From contig CAVRBN010000071.1 of NCBI GenBank assembly GCA_963719255.1, positions 41,669 through 105,668 of the forward strand: 64,000 nt of DNA, given 5' to 3'. The notes under the pieces were generated by a model. It saw nothing but the letters and a program-made list of their open reading frames with translations. It was not told the origin of the DNA and ran no database searches. Position 1 is the stretch's first letter; each line of letters starts with the position of its first letter. Made by a program: the position numbers and the translations under genes. This DNA comes from an uncultured Actinomycetota bacterium. Its GTDB lineage: Bacteria > Actinomycetota > Actinomycetes > Propionibacteriales > Nocardioidaceae. Below, piece after piece: positions 61,758 to 64,000 of this stretch.

Positions 61758-62522
61758 ATGTATGACGGCTACTTCAACGGCAAGGTGGCGCTGGTCACCG
61801 GGGGGGCGATGGGCATGGGCCTGGCCGCCGTGGAGGCGTACGCCCGTGAAGGAGCGTCCGTGGTCCTCTCCGACGCCAACGCCGAGGCGGGCTCCGCGGC
61901 GGTGGAGGCGCTGACGGAAGAGGGTCGCGAGGTGACCTTCGTTCCGTGCGACGTCACTGTCGAGGCCGAGGTCAAAGCTCTCGTCGAGGCAACCGTCGAG
62001 CGATACGGTCGCCTCGACGCGGCATTCAACAACGCCGGCATCATCACGCCTCCAGCCGAGCTCCCCGACGTGTCGAGCGAGGACTACCAGAAGACGATGG
62101 CGGTAAATCTCGATGGCGTCTGGTTCTGCATGAAGTACGAGCTCGCCCAGATGAGGCAGCAGGGGTTCGGAGCCATCGTCAACAACTCCTCCCTCGGCGG
62201 CCTCCTGGGCAATCCCGGACGCGCGCCGTACCACGCGACGAAGCACGCCATCCTGGGCCTGACCAAGTGTGCGGCCATCGAGAATGCCGCACGTGGCATC
62301 CAGGTCAACGCTGTCTGCCCGGGCACCATCGACACACCCATGGTGCGCGCACTGATGGAGCGCGAGAACCTCACCGAGGAGTTCTTCGCGGAGAAGCAAC
62401 CCATCGCGCGTCTCGGCAGGCCGGAGGAGGTGGCGTCGGCGGTCCTGTGGCTGTGCAGCCCCGGCGCGAGTCTCGTCGTCGGTCACGCGCTTCCCGTTGA
62501 TGGCGGCTATACCATTCAGTAA
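61758..62522 (+). CDS. Classical SDR oxidoreductase
   Basis: TGGAMGMG, FNNAG, YHATK, CPG.I.TPM. Confidence 0.92.
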   Translation: MYDGYFNGKVALVTGGAMGMGLAAVEAYAREGASVVLSDANAEAGSAAVEALTEEGREVTFVPCDVTVEAEVKALVEATVERYGRLDAAFNNAGIITPPAELPDVSSEDYQKTMAVNLDGVWFCMKYELAQMRQQGFGAIVNNSSLGGLLGNPGRAPYHATKHAILGLTKCAAIENAARGIQVNAVCPGTIDTPMVRALMERENLTEEFFAEKQPIARLGRPEEVASAVLWLCSPGASLVVGHALPVDGGYTIQ

Positions 62523-62615
62523 ATGTCAGACGTTTGATAGTTTGCACTCAGCCTTCGTCGCCGGCCCCTGGCGCGGCGGCAACCAGCTCGGGACCGGACC
62601 TACTCAGGAGCGAAC

Positions 62616-63038
62616 ATGGCCAACATCATCGTGGTAGGAGTCGACGGCGGAGAGCCCGCCCTCCGGGCGGCCCGCCGTGCCGCGGAGCTGGCCACGGCGC
62701 TGGGAGCCGCAGTGCACGTCGTGACCGCTGTCGAACGCGGGACCGTCGAGGAGTTCCCGGACCGCCCGGGCAGCAGCCTGATCACCTCGGGAGAGATAGC
62801 CGAAGCCACCGCCACCGAGGCGGCGCGCACGCTCGAGGGCCTTGCCCCCGAGATCACGGTCGGTGTCCTGCAGGACAAGCCAGCAGATGCGCTCGTCGCC
62901 GAGGCCGAGCGCCTCCAAGCACAGTTGATCGTCGTCGGCAATCGACGCACCCAGGGAATCGGTCGTGTGCTCGGCAGTGTCGCCGGCAGTGTGGCGGCCC
63001 ATGCGCCGTGCGATGTCTACATCGTCAAGACGTTCTGA
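62616..63038 (+). CDS. Universal stress protein (UspA family)
   Basis: IVVGVDG, LIVVGNR, LGSVA..V..HAPCDV. Confidence 0.92.
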   Translation: MANIIVVGVDGGEPALRAARRAAELATALGAAVHVVTAVERGTVEEFPDRPGSSLITSGEIAEATATEAARTLEGLAPEITVGVLQDKPADALVAEAERLQAQLIVVGNRRTQGIGRVLGSVAGSVAAHAPCDVYIVKTF

Positions 63039-63089
63039 CGGCCGTCGGTCTCGACAAGTCCAGAAGCACGCATGAAGGAAGTGAGTTCC

Positions 63090-64000
63090 ATGTCGGAGAG
63101 CTGCCCGATGTCGCCCCCACCCCAGGACTGGGATCCGCTCGCGCCTGAGAACCACGCTGACCCCACCGAGGTGCACGCACGCCTGCGCGACCAGTGCCCG
63201 GTCGCCTGGAGTGACCGGTTCGGCGGGTTCTACGCCTTGACGCGGTTCAAGGACGTGACCGAGTCCGCTCTCGACTGGCAGACGTTCACCAGCGCACAAA
63301 AGACGCCGATCCCCGACGCCACCACACCGGACCGGCCGCCCCGGGCACCGGCCGAGGTGGACCCGCCCTTTCACACGGCCTACCGGGAGCTCCTGAATCG
63401 GTTCTTCACCCCGGACTACATCCACAGGATCGAGCCGGTGATCCGACGTACGGCGCGAGATCTGATCGGGCGCTGCGTGTCGCTCGGGGAGGTCGACAGC
63501 GTCGCGTCGTTCACCTTCTTCATGCCAATTCAGGTCCAGTGCACGTTCCTCGGCATCTCGATCGAGGACGCGGAACGCATCAAGACCACCATCAACCAGA
63601 TCATCGACGCGGGGGCGGCGGGCGACACCGAGACCCACAAGGCCGCGAACGACGAGATCTACGCCTACATCTACCGCATTCTCGAGGCACGCAAGAAGAC
63701 GCCGTACGACCCGAACGACGTGATCAGTGCCATGATCCATGAGGAGGTCGACGGACGAAGGCTCTCCGACGACGACATCGCGGGCACCGTGCGGCTGTTT
63801 CTCCAAGCCGGGCACGGGACGACGACCAACATGCTCGGCAGCATCATCCGTCACCTCGCGACGACCCCGGCTGACCAGCAGCGCCTGAGGGACGAGCCCA
63901 AGCTGATCCCCCAGGCGATCGAGGAGATGCTACGCGTCTGGACGCCGGTTCGGCTGGTGGGACGCAAGACGACGAAGGACGTCGAGATCGAAGGCCGAGT
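63090..64000 (+). CDS. Cytochrome P450 (3' truncated by the window edge)
   Basis: Read by hand: LRDQCPVAWS, DPPFHTAYR, I-helix AGHGTT, EEMLR (ExxR); the heme Cys lies beyond the window. Confidence 0.9.
   Translation, partial: MSESCPMSPPPQDWDPLAPENHADPTEVHARLRDQCPVAWSDRFGGFYALTRFKDVTESALDWQTFTSAQKTPIPDATTPDRPPRAPAEVDPPFHTAYRELLNRFFTPDYIHRIEPVIRRTARDLIGRCVSLGEVDSVASFTFFMPIQVQCTFLGISIEDAERIKTTINQIIDAGAAGDTETHKAANDEIYAYIYRILEARKKTPYDPNDVISAMIHEEVDGRRLSDDDIAGTVRLFLQAGHGTTTNMLGSIIRHLATTPADQQRLRDEPKLIPQAIEEMLRVWTPVRLVGRKTTKDVEIEGR

Noticed and set aside
3032-63854. Many long ORFs antisense to or overlapping the called genes (e.g. 3032..3895, 29027..30331, 30808..32223, 33635..34885, 62604..63854)
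   Set aside because: Shadow ORFs expected in high-GC DNA; no family motifs, and the opposite frame holds a clear gene.
1-64000. CRISPR arrays, tRNA/rRNA genes, IS elements, integrases, defence systems
   Set aside because: No repeat-spacer periodicity, structural RNA signatures, or transposase/recombinase/nuclease motifs were recognised.

Overview
High-GC actinobacterial DNA (Nocardioides-like by gene content, not verified) made almost entirely of accessory catabolic genes. It holds four MmgE/PrpD-family genes, two Asp/Glu/hydantoin-racemase-family genes lacking the usual cysteines, about six classical SDRs, two extended SDRs, and an alicyclic-acyl-CoA beta-oxidation set (AliA/BadH/BadI-like, acyl-CoA dehydrogenases, crotonases, PaaH-like, thiolase). 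It also holds a C5-dicarboxylyl-CoA module (acyl-CoA dehydrogenase, Mch-like hydratase, CitE-like lyase, Mct-like isomerase), a mixed PHA-synthase/wax-ester-synthase operon, etfBA, pntAB, a sugar-type ABC importer with an ATPase-permease fusion, and a partial P450. A degenerate palindrome TGTC(A/T)GACA, often paired at a 19-bp offset, precedes most transcription units and suggests one regulon run by the two FadR/GntR paralogs. Roughly 17 genes carry frameshifts, most plausibly long-read indel errors; a few true gene remnants (CMD, ROK, FadF-like, STAS-like) are also visible. No RNA genes, CRISPR arrays, integrases or transposases were recognised. All family assignments come from motif recognition by eye, not database searches.
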